A stretch of 61,341 nt of DNA from an uncultured Gammaproteobacteria bacterium (GCA_964610395.1 CAZSXP010000001.1:1-61341), one strand, 5' to 3'; shown: positions 46,696 through 55,913, numbered from the stretch's first letter. Notes: generated by a model from the sequence alone, not told the origin. Program-made: numbers and translations.

Positions 46696-47574
46696 ATGAA
46701 CAAGATTGTGGAGTGTGTTCCGAATTTTAGTGAAGGGAAAGATAAGCTGGTTATAAATCAGATATATAAATCGGCCAAGTCAGTTAAATCAGTAAAGGTT
46801 TTTGAATTGGAATACAACAAAGACCATAACCGTATGCTTTTTGCTATTGTTGGTGAACCTGAAGCTGTTTTATCATCTGTGTTTTCTGCAATTAAAAAAG
46901 CTACAGAGCTTATTAATATGAATAAGCATATTGGTGAACATCCAAGGATTGGTGCAACTGACGTCGTTCCATTTGTTCCTGTTTCGGGAATTACAATGGA
47001 GGAATGTGTTGTTCTTTCAAATAAGTTAGCTAAAAAAGTTGCAGAAGAACTTAAAATTCCTGTATTTATGTATGAAGCTTCTGCAAAAAGAAAAGAAAAT
47101 AAAAACCTTGCAGATTTAAGAAAGGGTGAATATGAAGGACTAAAAATTAAAATGAATAAACCTGATTATGGTCCTGATAAAATTCACCCGACCGCGGGAG
47201 CAATTGTAATAGGAGCAAGAAAATATCTAGTTGCATATAATGTAAATTTGGATACAAAGGATATTAATATTGCAAAACAAATTGCCAAAAAAATAAGAGA
47301 AAAAGACGGAGGATTAAAGGCTGTGAAGGCGTTAGCCTTCATGGTAGATGGGTATGCACAAGTATCGATGAATTTAGTTGATTTTGAAATTACTAATTTT
47401 GATGATGTTTATAAAGCGATTGAAAAAGAAGCAGAAATATTAGGAGAAGTAACCGGCAGAGCCGTAAATATTAAAAATAGCGAAATTTATGGTATGATTC
47501 CGATTGCAAGTTTAGTCAAAGCAATTAAGACAACATTTAAAGCAAATAATTTTAAATCAGAACAGATACTTTAG
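46696..47574 (+). CDS. ftcD: Glutamate formiminotransferase
   Basis: VECVPNFSEG, DHNR, GEHPRIGATDVVPFVP, HPTAGA..IGAR, QVSMNL. Confidence 0.95.
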   Translation: MNKIVECVPNFSEGKDKLVINQIYKSAKSVKSVKVFELEYNKDHNRMLFAIVGEPEAVLSSVFSAIKKATELINMNKHIGEHPRIGATDVVPFVPVSGITMEECVVLSNKLAKKVAEELKIPVFMYEASAKRKENKNLADLRKGEYEGLKIKMNKPDYGPDKIHPTAGAIVIGARKYLVAYNVNLDTKDINIAKQIAKKIREKDGGLKAVKALAFMVDGYAQVSMNLVDFEITNFDDVYKAIEKEAEILGEVTGRAVNIKNSEIYGMIPIASLVKAIKTTFKANNFKSEQIL

Positions 47575-47576
47575 AT

Positions 47577-48086
47577 ATGGTTAACAAAACACTTAAACAA
47601 TTTCAATTAGAATTGGGTAGTAAAAATCCAACTCCCGGTGGTGGAGTTGTAGCAGCTTTGGCTGGGTCTTTTGCCGGCTCGCTTATTGAAATGGTTTGTA
47701 ATTTAACAATTGATAAAAAAGGTTATGAAAAGGTACAAAAAGATATTATAAAAATTCATAAAGAGACAATTGAATTAAAGAAGAAACTAGTTAGTTTAGC
47801 AGAGGAAGATAAAAAGGCATATGACAAAGTAATTAAAGCATATAAGACAAAAGATAAAGCAGTTATTAAAAAATCATTAAAATATGCAATTGAAGTTCCA
47901 ATGGAGGTTAGAAGATTATCACAAATAGTAGAGAAATTGGGTTTTAGAATTAGTAAAATAGGCAATAAAAATGCACATTCTGATGCTAAAACAGCAATTT
48001 ATCTAGCTCACGCTGCAAGTAAATCAGCACTAGAAAATATAAAGATCAATAAGGTAGCTCTTGTTAAACTTCAATCTATAAATTAA
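47577..48086 (+). CDS. Formiminotetrahydrofolate cyclodeaminase / cyclohydrolase (FTCD C-terminal family)
   Basis: PTPGGGVVAAL, MVCNLT, GNKNAHSD. Confidence 0.92.
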   Translation: MVNKTLKQFQLELGSKNPTPGGGVVAALAGSFAGSLIEMVCNLTIDKKGYEKVQKDIIKIHKETIELKKKLVSLAEEDKKAYDKVIKAYKTKDKAVIKKSLKYAIEVPMEVRRLSQIVEKLGFRISKIGNKNAHSDAKTAIYLAHAASKSALENIKINKVALVKLQSIN

Positions 48087-48095
48087 AATACGTTC

Positions 48096-48800
48096 ATGGC
48101 AATTAAAATATCACTAGAAGATTTACTTGAGTCAGGTGCACATTTTGGGCATCAGGTTAAACGTTGGAATCCAAAAGTAAAAGAATTTGTTTACGGAGAA
48201 CAAGACGGAGTTCATATTTTCGACCTTGTAAAAACCAAAGAAAGCTTAGAAACAGCCTTAACCGAAATTACTAAAACAATTAAAGAAGGTAAATCAATAT
48301 TACTTTTAGCTACTAAAAAACAAGCAAAAGATAAAGCACTTGAAATCTTGCAAGAGACCGGAATTTCAGTTGTAACTGATAGATGGTTGGGTGGAACTAT
48401 CACTAATTTTAACCAAATTAAAAAATCAATAGATTTATTAGCTGATATGAAAGTTAAATTAGAATCAGGATATTATGCAAAACATACAAAGAAAGAAAGA
48501 CTTCTTTTAGAAAGAGAAAAAGATAGATTAGAGAGATTCTTTGGCGGAATAGCAAATCTTAAAAAAACTCCTGATTTATTAATTGTGGTTGATATTAAAA
48601 AAGAAATAACAGCTATCAAAGAAGCAAACAGAAAGAACGTACCAATTATTGGGTTAGTTGATACGAACGCAGATCCAAACATGGTGGATTTTCCAATTCC
48701 AATGAATGACGATGCTACAAAAGCATTAGAATTAGTTCTAGAGTATATAAAGCAGGCTATTATTGAAGGACAAGGCAAGAAAAAAAATGTCAAAAGTTAA
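48096..48800 (+). CDS. rpsB: 30S ribosomal protein S2
   Basis: GAHFGHQ..RWNPK, RWLGGTITN, DTNADP, PMNDDA. Confidence 0.98.
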   Translation: MAIKISLEDLLESGAHFGHQVKRWNPKVKEFVYGEQDGVHIFDLVKTKESLETALTEITKTIKEGKSILLLATKKQAKDKALEILQETGISVVTDRWLGGTITNFNQIKKSIDLLADMKVKLESGYYAKHTKKERLLLEREKDRLERFFGGIANLKKTPDLLIVVDIKKEITAIKEANRKNVPIIGLVDTNADPNMVDFPIPMNDDATKALELVLEYIKQAIIEGQGKKKNVKS

Positions 48801-49245
48801 TACAGATTTGATCAAAAAAGTAAGAGAAGAAACTGGAGCTGGAGTTATGCGTGTTAAACAGGTGCTAGAACAAGTTAAGGGCAATGAGTCAAAAGCATTA
48901 GAAATTCTAAAGAAAGAAGGATTAGAAAAAGTGGCTAAAAGGGAAGATAGGGCAACTGGACAAGGAAAGGTGTTTTCATATGTACATCATAATGAAAAGA
49001 TAGTGAGTGTAGCCGAATTATTTTCAGAAACAGATTTTGTTGCCAAAAACGAATTATTTGAAAATTTAGGTAAAAACATCGCACTCCAAGTTGCTTCAAT
49101 GGGAACCGAGGTGGTTGAGGAACAAGATTTCATTAAAGATCCTAGCAAAAAAATAAAAGATCTAGTCAAAGAGGTTATTGCAAAAACTGGTGAAAATATT
49201 AAACTGGGTAGAGTAGTTCGAATAGAACTCGGCAAAAATGGATGA
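48787..49245 (+). CDS. tsf: Elongation factor Ts (short form)
   Basis: IKKVREETGAG, ETDFVAKN, GENIKL. Confidence 0.96.
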   Translation: MSKVNTDLIKKVREETGAGVMRVKQVLEQVKGNESKALEILKKEGLEKVAKREDRATGQGKVFSYVHHNEKIVSVAELFSETDFVAKNELFENLGKNIALQVASMGTEVVEEQDFIKDPSKKIKDLVKEVIAKTGENIKLGRVVRIELGKNG

Positions 49246-49792
49246 AACTCCAATAGTTACAAAAATGCAGAAGGTTGTAGATACTATTGTCTCTGACATT
49301 TCTGGAATTAGAACTGGAAGAGCAACCCCATCTTTAGTTGAAAATATTTCTGTGCCGGCATATGGTGGGACACAGACATTACGAGTTTTAGAAGTAGCTT
49401 CAATTACTGCAACAGATACACAAACTTTGGTTATTTCTCCTTGGGATAAATCAATAATTGGAGATATCAGAAAAGGAATATTGGAAGCAAATATGGGGAT
49501 GAATCCATCAATTGATGGAGAAGTAATTAGGATTTCATTTCCACCCTTAACAACAGAAGATAGGGAAAAATATGTAAAATTACTATCTGGCAAACTTGAA
49601 AATGGAAAAATAATGGTAAGGTCGGTTAGGGCTGATGAAATGCATGATATTAAGAAAAATTTTGAAGACAAAAAAATTACTGAAGATGAAAAGTCTGATT
49701 TTGAGTCTAAAATTCAAGAATTAACAGATTTATATATTGGAAAAATAGAAACACTTGGAGAAACTAAAAAGAAAGAGCTCCTGACAATATGA
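49238..49792 (+). CDS. frr: Ribosome recycling factor
   Basis: IRTGRATP, PPLTTEDR. Confidence 0.97.
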   Translation: MDETPIVTKMQKVVDTIVSDISGIRTGRATPSLVENISVPAYGGTQTLRVLEVASITATDTQTLVISPWDKSIIGDIRKGILEANMGMNPSIDGEVIRISFPPLTTEDREKYVKLLSGKLENGKIMVRSVRADEMHDIKKNFEDKKITEDEKSDFESKIQELTDLYIGKIETLGETKKKELLTI

Positions 49793-50877
49793 TTTGGTCT
49801 ATTTTAATTTTTCTTGCAGTTCTTTCTATTCTTATTATAGTTCATGAATTAGGGCATTTTGTTGTTGCTAAGAAAAATGGTATTTGGGTTGAAGAATTTG
49901 GTTTTGGTCTACCACCTCGGCTTTTTGGAAAAAAAGTAGGGGGTACAATTTATTCAATTAACGCACTTCCATTTGGCGGATTTGTTAGGCTTCACGGAGA
50001 AATGACTGAGGATGGGGTAACAAAACCAAACAAGGCGTTCGTAAACAAATCACTTTGGGTAAAAACTGCAGTAATAACTGCAGGTGTTATTATGAATTTT
50101 TTGCTTGCAATTGTTTTATTTGGAATTGTGTATTCATTTACTGGAATTCCAAAAGAGTTAAAAGAGGTAAAAATTTTAGATGTTGCTACTAATTCGCCAG
50201 CTCAGATTGCCCAAATTTTAGTTGGTGATATTGTTAAAAAAGTTGATGGACAAGAAGTAAAAACTGTATCTGAATTTATTTCAAAAATAGAAGATAAAAA
50301 AGGTAAAAAAGTAAAACTTGAACTTCAAGACAGAACTGTAACTATTATTCCTCGAGCTAATCCACCAGCGAATGAAGGTCCATTGGGTGTTGCAATAACT
50401 GATATAGAAACTTATTTTGCGCCAATATGGCAAAGACCTTTTTACGGAGTATATTATGGGACAAAAGAGGCTATTTATTGGGGTAAAAATGTTATTGACG
50501 GTTTTATAAATATATTTACAGAATTATCACATGGAAATGCTCCAAAAGATGTTTCAGGTCCAGTTGGAGTTTTTGCAATTACAACAGAAGTAGCTAAAAC
50601 TGGGATTCTTTCTCTTTTAAATCTTGTTGGAATTATTTCAGTTAATCTTGCTATTTTAAATATTATTCCATTTCCTGCCCTTGATGGAGGAAGGTTGTTA
50701 TTTATAATTATTGAGGCAATTTTTGGTAAAAAAATAGCACCTAAGTTTGAGGCGATAGTCCACGCTGTAGGAATGGCAATATTATTACTTGCTATTTTAG
50801 CAATTACAATTAAAGATATTAGAGGTTTAATTTCAGCAGGTTCAATTTCAGGCTTCCTTGACAATATGACTAAGTGA
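49789..50877 (+). CDS. rseP: RIP metalloprotease RseP (M50 with PDZ domain)
   Basis: HELGH, GFGLPP, PDZ region, NIIPFPALDGG. Confidence 0.95.
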   Translation: MIWSILIFLAVLSILIIVHELGHFVVAKKNGIWVEEFGFGLPPRLFGKKVGGTIYSINALPFGGFVRLHGEMTEDGVTKPNKAFVNKSLWVKTAVITAGVIMNFLLAIVLFGIVYSFTGIPKELKEVKILDVATNSPAQIAQILVGDIVKKVDGQEVKTVSEFISKIEDKKGKKVKLELQDRTVTIIPRANPPANEGPLGVAITDIETYFAPIWQRPFYGVYYGTKEAIYWGKNVIDGFINIFTELSHGNAPKDVSGPVGVFAITTEVAKTGILSLLNLVGIISVNLAILNIIPFPALDGGRLLFIIIEAIFGKKIAPKFEAIVHAVGMAILLLAILAITIKDIRGLISAGSISGFLDNMTK

Positions 50878-50891
50878 TACAATAACTTCAT

Positions 50892-52136
50892 ATGAAATTA
50901 TCTGAAAGCTTTGTAAATACTTTAAGAGAAGCACCAAAAGACGCAGAAACTATAAATCACAAATTGTTGGTTCGGGCTGGTTATGTTAGACAACTTATGG
51001 CAGGGGTTTATACATATTTGCCGTTTGGGCAAATAGTTTTAAATAAAATAAGCCAAATTGTTAGGGAAGAAATGAATGCAATTGGTGGAAAGGAAGTTTT
51101 AATGCCTCTAATGCACCCTGCTGAGAATTGGAAAAAAACAGATGGCTGGGACAAAATTGATGTTCTATTCAAAGTAAAATCTAGAACAGACAAAGATTAC
51201 GCTCTAGCTCAAAGCCATGAAGAAGTTGTAACTCCGCTAGCTAAAGAATTTCTAAGGACATATAAAGATTTACCACTATCAATTTATCATATTCAATGGA
51301 AATTTAGAGATGAATTAAGGAGTAAAGCTGGGATATTACGAGGTAAAGAGTTTTTGATGAAAGATTTATACAGTTGGCATTTAACACAGGAAGATTTTGA
51401 GAAGTTTTATGAAATTGCAAAGAAAGCTTATCTTAAGGCATTTGGAAGAATGGGATTAACTGCAAAAGTTACAGAAGCTTCTGGTGGTGGATTCTCAGAA
51501 AAGATATCATATGAATTTGAAGTATTAACAGATGCAGGTGAAGCAAACATTTTGTATTGTGAATCTTGTGATTATTGTGTAAATATAGATGATATTGATA
51601 AATATAAAGAAGGAGAAAACTGTCCAAGTTGTAAGCAAAGCTTGGCCGGCAAGGCCGGTAAAAAATCAAAACTAAAGTCTACATTGGCTTCAGAGGTTGG
51701 GAATGTTTTTGATTTGGGACAAAAATATACCAAAGCATTTGATTTTAAAGTTACAAACGAAAAAAATGAGCAAGTCTATCCAATTATGGGTTGTTACGGA
51801 ATTGGGATTTCAAGGACGATGGGTGTAATTGTTGAAAAATTCCATGATGAAAAGGGGATAATCTGGCCTAAAGAAGTTAGCCCATTTGATGTACATTTAG
51901 TTGGTTTAAATGGCAAGGGGGAAGATGTGTATAAAAAATTATTAGAAAATAAAATTGATGTTTTGTTTGATGATAGAGATCTGGGAGCAGGACAAAAATT
52001 TGCAGATTCTGATTTAATTGGTATTCCGGTAAGACTTGTTGTATCAGACAAAACAGGGGACAAAATCGAGTTTAAAGAAAGAACTTCAAAAGAATCAAAA
52101 CTTTTAAATTTTGAAGATATAATTAATAAAATATGA
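50892..52136 (+). CDS. proS: Proline--tRNA ligase, short form without INS editing domain
   Basis: LLVRAGYV, HEEVVT, KFRDELR, EFLMKDLYS, MGCYGIG, DLIGIP. Confidence 0.96.
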   Translation: MKLSESFVNTLREAPKDAETINHKLLVRAGYVRQLMAGVYTYLPFGQIVLNKISQIVREEMNAIGGKEVLMPLMHPAENWKKTDGWDKIDVLFKVKSRTDKDYALAQSHEEVVTPLAKEFLRTYKDLPLSIYHIQWKFRDELRSKAGILRGKEFLMKDLYSWHLTQEDFEKFYEIAKKAYLKAFGRMGLTAKVTEASGGGFSEKISYEFEVLTDAGEANILYCESCDYCVNIDDIDKYKEGENCPSCKQSLAGKAGKKSKLKSTLASEVGNVFDLGQKYTKAFDFKVTNEKNEQVYPIMGCYGIGISRTMGVIVEKFHDEKGIIWPKEVSPFDVHLVGLNGKGEDVYKKLLENKIDVLFDDRDLGAGQKFADSDLIGIPVRLVVSDKTGDKIEFKERTSKESKLLNFEDIINKI

Positions 52137-52447
52137 AAGATTGTGTTTTTTGTAAAATTATAAAAGAAGAAACTAAAAATATATTTCTATATCAAGATTT
52201 AGACTTTGTAGTTTTTAATAGTAATGCACTTGCCGCAGAACATCATCTTTTAATTGTTCCTAAGAATCATATCAACAGTTTTATGGAATTGAGTAATGAA
52301 ATTTTAGGTATGACAAAAGTAGCACAAAAAATGGTTAAAGATTTGAATTTATCTGATGGCTATAAAATGATTTTTAATGGGGGAAAATATCAGGAAGTTC
52401 CACATGTTCATTGGCATTTGTTAGCAGAAAAATTAGAAGAAATATGA
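52133..52447 (+). CDS. HIT-family hydrolase
   Basis: CVFCKI, QEVPHVHWH histidine triad. Confidence 0.93.
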   Translation: MKDCVFCKIIKEETKNIFLYQDLDFVVFNSNALAAEHHLLIVPKNHINSFMELSNEILGMTKVAQKMVKDLNLSDGYKMIFNGGKYQEVPHVHWHLLAEKLEEI

Positions 52448-52884
52448 TTACACCAAATTTAATGAAAATGATTGGAGATGCTATGAAGGCACATAATACT
52501 ATTCGTGTCTCAACACTTCGTATGCTTTCTTCAGAATTAAAAAATGAAAAAATTAACTTACAACATGAATTAACAGACGAAGAAGAATTAAAAGTCGTAA
52601 GACGTGAAGCAAAAAAAAGAAAAGAAGCAATTGAAATGTATGCAAAAGCAAATGCTCAAGATAGAGTAGAAAATGAGAAAGCAGAACTTACTATTCTCCA
52701 AAAGTTTTTACCAGCAGAAGTGACGGAGGAAGAGGTAGAAAAATTAGTCAATGAGTCAATAAGAGAGTTGGGAGCTAAAGACTTATCTAGCATGGGGAAA
52801 GTAATTGCTGATGTAAAAACAAAGAACTCTGGCGTCGATGGTAGTCTTGTTGCAAAACTTGTCAGAGAAAAGCTCAATGGTTAA
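52444..52884 (+). CDS. GatB/YqeY domain protein
   Basis: AMKA..LRML, KKRKEAIEMY, E..IL..FLP, MGKV. Confidence 0.92.
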   Translation: MITPNLMKMIGDAMKAHNTIRVSTLRMLSSELKNEKINLQHELTDEEELKVVRREAKKRKEAIEMYAKANAQDRVENEKAELTILQKFLPAEVTEEEVEKLVNESIRELGAKDLSSMGKVIADVKTKNSGVDGSLVAKLVREKLNG

Positions 52885-53260
52885 AATTAATGTTACAAAA
52901 CAATCTAATTATCCTGTTAGTGGGGTTAAGGTAAGAAAATATCTTCAAAAATTTTTTAATGAACATGGTATAGTGTCAAGTGCAGAATGTCATGTTTCTC
53001 TTGTGGGAGAAGAGAAGATGCTTTCACTTGCTAAACGATATTACAAGGATAACAAACTGCACAATGTTTTTTCATTTGTAGAATCAGAAGTAGGAAATTT
53101 TAAGAATGTAAGTAATATCATGCAACTTGGTGAAATCGTAGTTTGTTTCCCCGTTGCCTTAAAAGAAGCTAAACAAGAAGGAAAATTAATTGAAGAAAAA
53201 GTGTTAGAACTTGTAGGGCATAGTGCCTTGCATCTATTAGGTATTCATCACAAAGAATGA
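52877..53260 (+). CDS. ybeY: rRNA maturation endoribonuclease YbeY
   Basis: NVFSF, LGEIVVC, HSALHLLGIHH. Confidence 0.9.
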   Translation: MVKINVTKQSNYPVSGVKVRKYLQKFFNEHGIVSSAECHVSLVGEEKMLSLAKRYYKDNKLHNVFSFVESEVGNFKNVSNIMQLGEIVVCFPVALKEAKQEGKLIEEKVLELVGHSALHLLGIHHKE

Positions 53261-54216
53261 CAACTCTGTATCTAAAATATCGTCCACAAACAATTGATGA
53301 AATCGATATAACTTCAGTTCGCGCCTCACTTACTAATATTTTAAAATCAGGAAATATTCCTCATGCATTTCTTTTTGCTGGTCCAAAAGGAACTGGAAAA
53401 ACATCACTAGCTCGAATTTTAGCAAAAGCCATTAATTGCGAGTGCAAAGATTGCAAGGTCCGACCTTGCAATAAATGCGAACAGTGTAAATCGATTACAA
53501 GTGGAAATAATATAGATGTAATTGAAATGGACGCGGCAAGCAATAGAGGAATTGATGATGTTAGAGCTCTTCGCGATATTGTAAAACTAGCTCCAGCAAA
53601 TTCCAAAGCTAAAATATATATTATTGATGAAGCCCACATGTTAACAACAGAAGCCTCTAACGCCCTATTAAAGACCTTGGAGGAGCCACCAGCCCATGTC
53701 TACTTCATATTGGCAACAACTAACCCTGAAAAATTAATCGATACCATAAAAAGTAGAACAACAGTTGTGCAATTTACTAAAGCTACAGACCAAGAGATAA
53801 AGAGATCTCTTGAAAGAATAATTAAGAAAGAAAAATTTGTAATTAAAACTGAAGAAATAGATAAAATTATAAAAATTTCAAAAGGGTCTTTCCGTGATGC
53901 AGTAAAGATTTTGGAGCAATATATTAGTGACAAAAGTTTTTTAAATAAAGAATTAGAAATTGATATTTATGATCTTATTCTTTGTTTAACCAAAAAAGAT
54001 CTTAACAAATCGCTTGAAATAATTAAAAAAGCAAATAATATCGAAAATTTAACCGATCAGATCGTAGATAATTTGCATGAGAAATTAATTAAAGAAGAAG
54101 CTTATGAATTAATACCATTAATAGAACTTATTTTGGCTTCAAAAGAAATGGCTAAATATAGTCCAATTGAAGAATTACCTCTAGAGATTGCCATAATAAA
54201 ATGGTGTAATCTTTAA
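53257..54216 (+). CDS. dnaX: DNA polymerase III subunit gamma/tau (N-terminal AAA+ part)
   Basis: KYRPQT, GPKGTGKT, DAASNRGIDD, DEAHML, LKTLEEPP. Confidence 0.96.
   Translation: MTTLYLKYRPQTIDEIDITSVRASLTNILKSGNIPHAFLFAGPKGTGKTSLARILAKAINCECKDCKVRPCNKCEQCKSITSGNNIDVIEMDAASNRGIDDVRALRDIVKLAPANSKAKIYIIDEAHMLTTEASNALLKTLEEPPAHVYFILATTNPEKLIDTIKSRTTVVQFTKATDQEIKRSLERIIKKEKFVIKTEEIDKIIKISKGSFRDAVKILEQYISDKSFLNKELEIDIYDLILCLTKKDLNKSLEIIKKANNIENLTDQIVDNLHEKLIKEEAYELIPLIELILASKEMAKYSPIEELPLEIAIIKWCNL
53450..53472. repeat. REP-like 23-bp palindrome inside dnaX zinc module
   Basis: ATTGCAAGGT-CCG-ACCTTGCAAT; translated CKVRPCN. Confidence 0.88.
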
Positions 54217-54219
54217 GTA

Positions 54220-54504
54220 ATGGATGAAACTACTTGGAACAAAATTCTTGATAAGGTGATGCCTCAAAGTATTTCAATTGCAGGTTTGTTAAGATCGGTA
54301 ATACCTTTAGAGTTTGATGGAAATAAATTAAAACTTGGTGTTTGTTATAAATTTCATAAAGATAAATTAGAAGAAGCCAAAACTCAAAAAATGTTAGACG
54401 ATGTTACATTAAATATCTTAGGTAAAAATATTAAAATTGAGTACCAGTTGACGGAAGTCAAAAATGAAAATATAATGAACGTAGCAGAGGAGATGTTTAG
54501 CTAA
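54220..54504 (+). CDS. Probable separately encoded DnaX C-terminal domain
   Basis: W..IL..V, LLRS..P, YKFHKDKL pattern; same frame as dnaX, between dnaX and ybaB. Confidence 0.7.
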   Translation: MDETTWNKILDKVMPQSISIAGLLRSVIPLEFDGNKLKLGVCYKFHKDKLEEAKTQKMLDDVTLNILGKNIKIEYQLTEVKNENIMNVAEEMFS

Positions 54505-54516
54505 TAGATTAAAAAA

Positions 54517-54804
54517 ATGTTTGACAAATTTAAACAAATAGGTGAGTTAAATAAAATGAGGCAACAGGCTTCTGCTCTTCAAAAAGAGTTAGAAAAAATA
54601 ACGGAGACCGTAGAAAAAAATGGTTGGTCTGTTTCTGTTACAGGGGATCAAAAAATTAGATACATTAAAAAAGACGGTGAAGATATGAAGTTTTTAGTTG
54701 ACCTTATTAATGATGCTATGAAAAAAGTTCAAAAAGAAGCTGCAAAAAAAATGATGGAAATGGGTGGAGGTCTATCAGGTCTTCTTAGTGGAATGGGTAA
54801 ATAA
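54517..54804 (+). CDS. YbaB/EbfC nucleoid-associated protein
   Basis: QQASALQKEL, VSVTGDQKI; dnaX-ybaB-recR synteny. Confidence 0.88.
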   Translation: MFDKFKQIGELNKMRQQASALQKELEKITETVEKNGWSVSVTGDQKIRYIKKDGEDMKFLVDLINDAMKKVQKEAAKKMMEMGGGLSGLLSGMGK

Positions 54805-54811
54805 TACTTTC

Positions 54812-55408
54812 ATGCGAATTGCCAAAGCAATTTCTTCTTTAACAGAATCTTTTGAAAAACTTCCTGGAATTGGTCCAAAATCTGCACAGCGATTGACTTA
54901 TTATCTTCTTCATGTTCCACAGCGAGAACTTGATGAGTTTGCTGAAAATCTAACACGCCTTAAAAAAGATACTGTTCTTTGTTCTGTTTGCAAAAATGTG
55001 GCTGAGACAGATCCTTGTTCAATTTGCTCTGATCCTAACCGTGATAAGAAAACTTGTTTAATTGTTGAAAATCCACTTGATCTAATTGCATTTGAAAGAA
55101 GTGGAAAATATAAAGGGCTTTATCATGTATTACATGGTGCAATTAACCCCTTGGAAAATATTGGACCTGATGAAATCTTTATAACAGATCTTTTAAAAAG
55201 ACTTGATGAGATTTCCGAAATTATTATTGCCACAAATCCAACAATGGAAGGGGAGGCAACAGCTATGTACCTGGTAAAACAATTAAGAAATAAGAAAGAA
55301 GAATTAAAAATAACAAGACTAGGAATGGGGATACCAACTGGGGCTGATTTGGAGTATGCAGATGATGTAACATTAACTCAAGCCTTAGAAGGACGAAGAG
55401 AATTATAA
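54812..55408 (+). CDS. recR: Recombination mediator RecR
   Basis: LPGIGPKSAQR, C4 zinc finger, YHVLHG, EGEATA, ALEGRR. Confidence 0.98.
   Translation: MRIAKAISSLTESFEKLPGIGPKSAQRLTYYLLHVPQRELDEFAENLTRLKKDTVLCSVCKNVAETDPCSICSDPNRDKKTCLIVENPLDLIAFERSGKYKGLYHVLHGAINPLENIGPDEIFITDLLKRLDEISEIIIATNPTMEGEATAMYLVKQLRNKKEELKITRLGMGIPTGADLEYADDVTLTQALEGRREL
55281..55308. repeat. Degenerate 7-bp tandem repeat in recR
   Basis: AATTAAG AAATAAG AAAGAAG AATTAAA. Confidence 0.5.
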
Positions 55409-55413
55409 TGTAA

Positions 55414-55896
55414 TTGAATCTCATGAATCATATCAAAAAAACAATTAAAGCAATTGGAGAAGAACCATTAGAGATATTGAAATCCGCTGTAAAACAAATT
55501 AGCATATCAGAAAACATTCCAAACGCAGAACAACCTAAAGATGAAGAACAACCTAAGTTAGATCAAACTGCAATGGCCCAGCAAGATGGCAGACATTTAC
55601 AGGCGCTAGAATCAGAATTAAAAGATATTAGAAGGCAAAAAATATTTGAAAGTTTAATGCAAAGGATCCAAAATGGGGAAGACATCCCATTAGAGGAATT
55701 TACAGAACTTTCATATGAACAAAGAGACGTTTTAAAAGCTCAAATTGAGGCTGTTCGTAACAGTAAATTATCATCCTCTATTGACCAACTTGAAACTCCT
55801 GGTGCAAAACGTGGCCGTAAAATGGGTGGGGGACAAAAAGGTGCTGCTAAAAGGGAAGAAACTCGTGTCGAAAAACCTGTACCACCAAGTGGTTGA
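55414..55896 (+). CDS. Hypothetical protein
   Basis: 160-aa hydrophilic ORF filling the recR-cysS gap. Confidence 0.7.
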   Translation: MNLMNHIKKTIKAIGEEPLEILKSAVKQISISENIPNAEQPKDEEQPKLDQTAMAQQDGRHLQALESELKDIRRQKIFESLMQRIQNGEDIPLEEFTELSYEQRDVLKAQIEAVRNSKLSSSIDQLETPGAKRGRKMGGGQKGAAKREETRVEKPVPPSG

Positions 55897-55913
55897 TATG
55901 TTAAAATTAAAAT

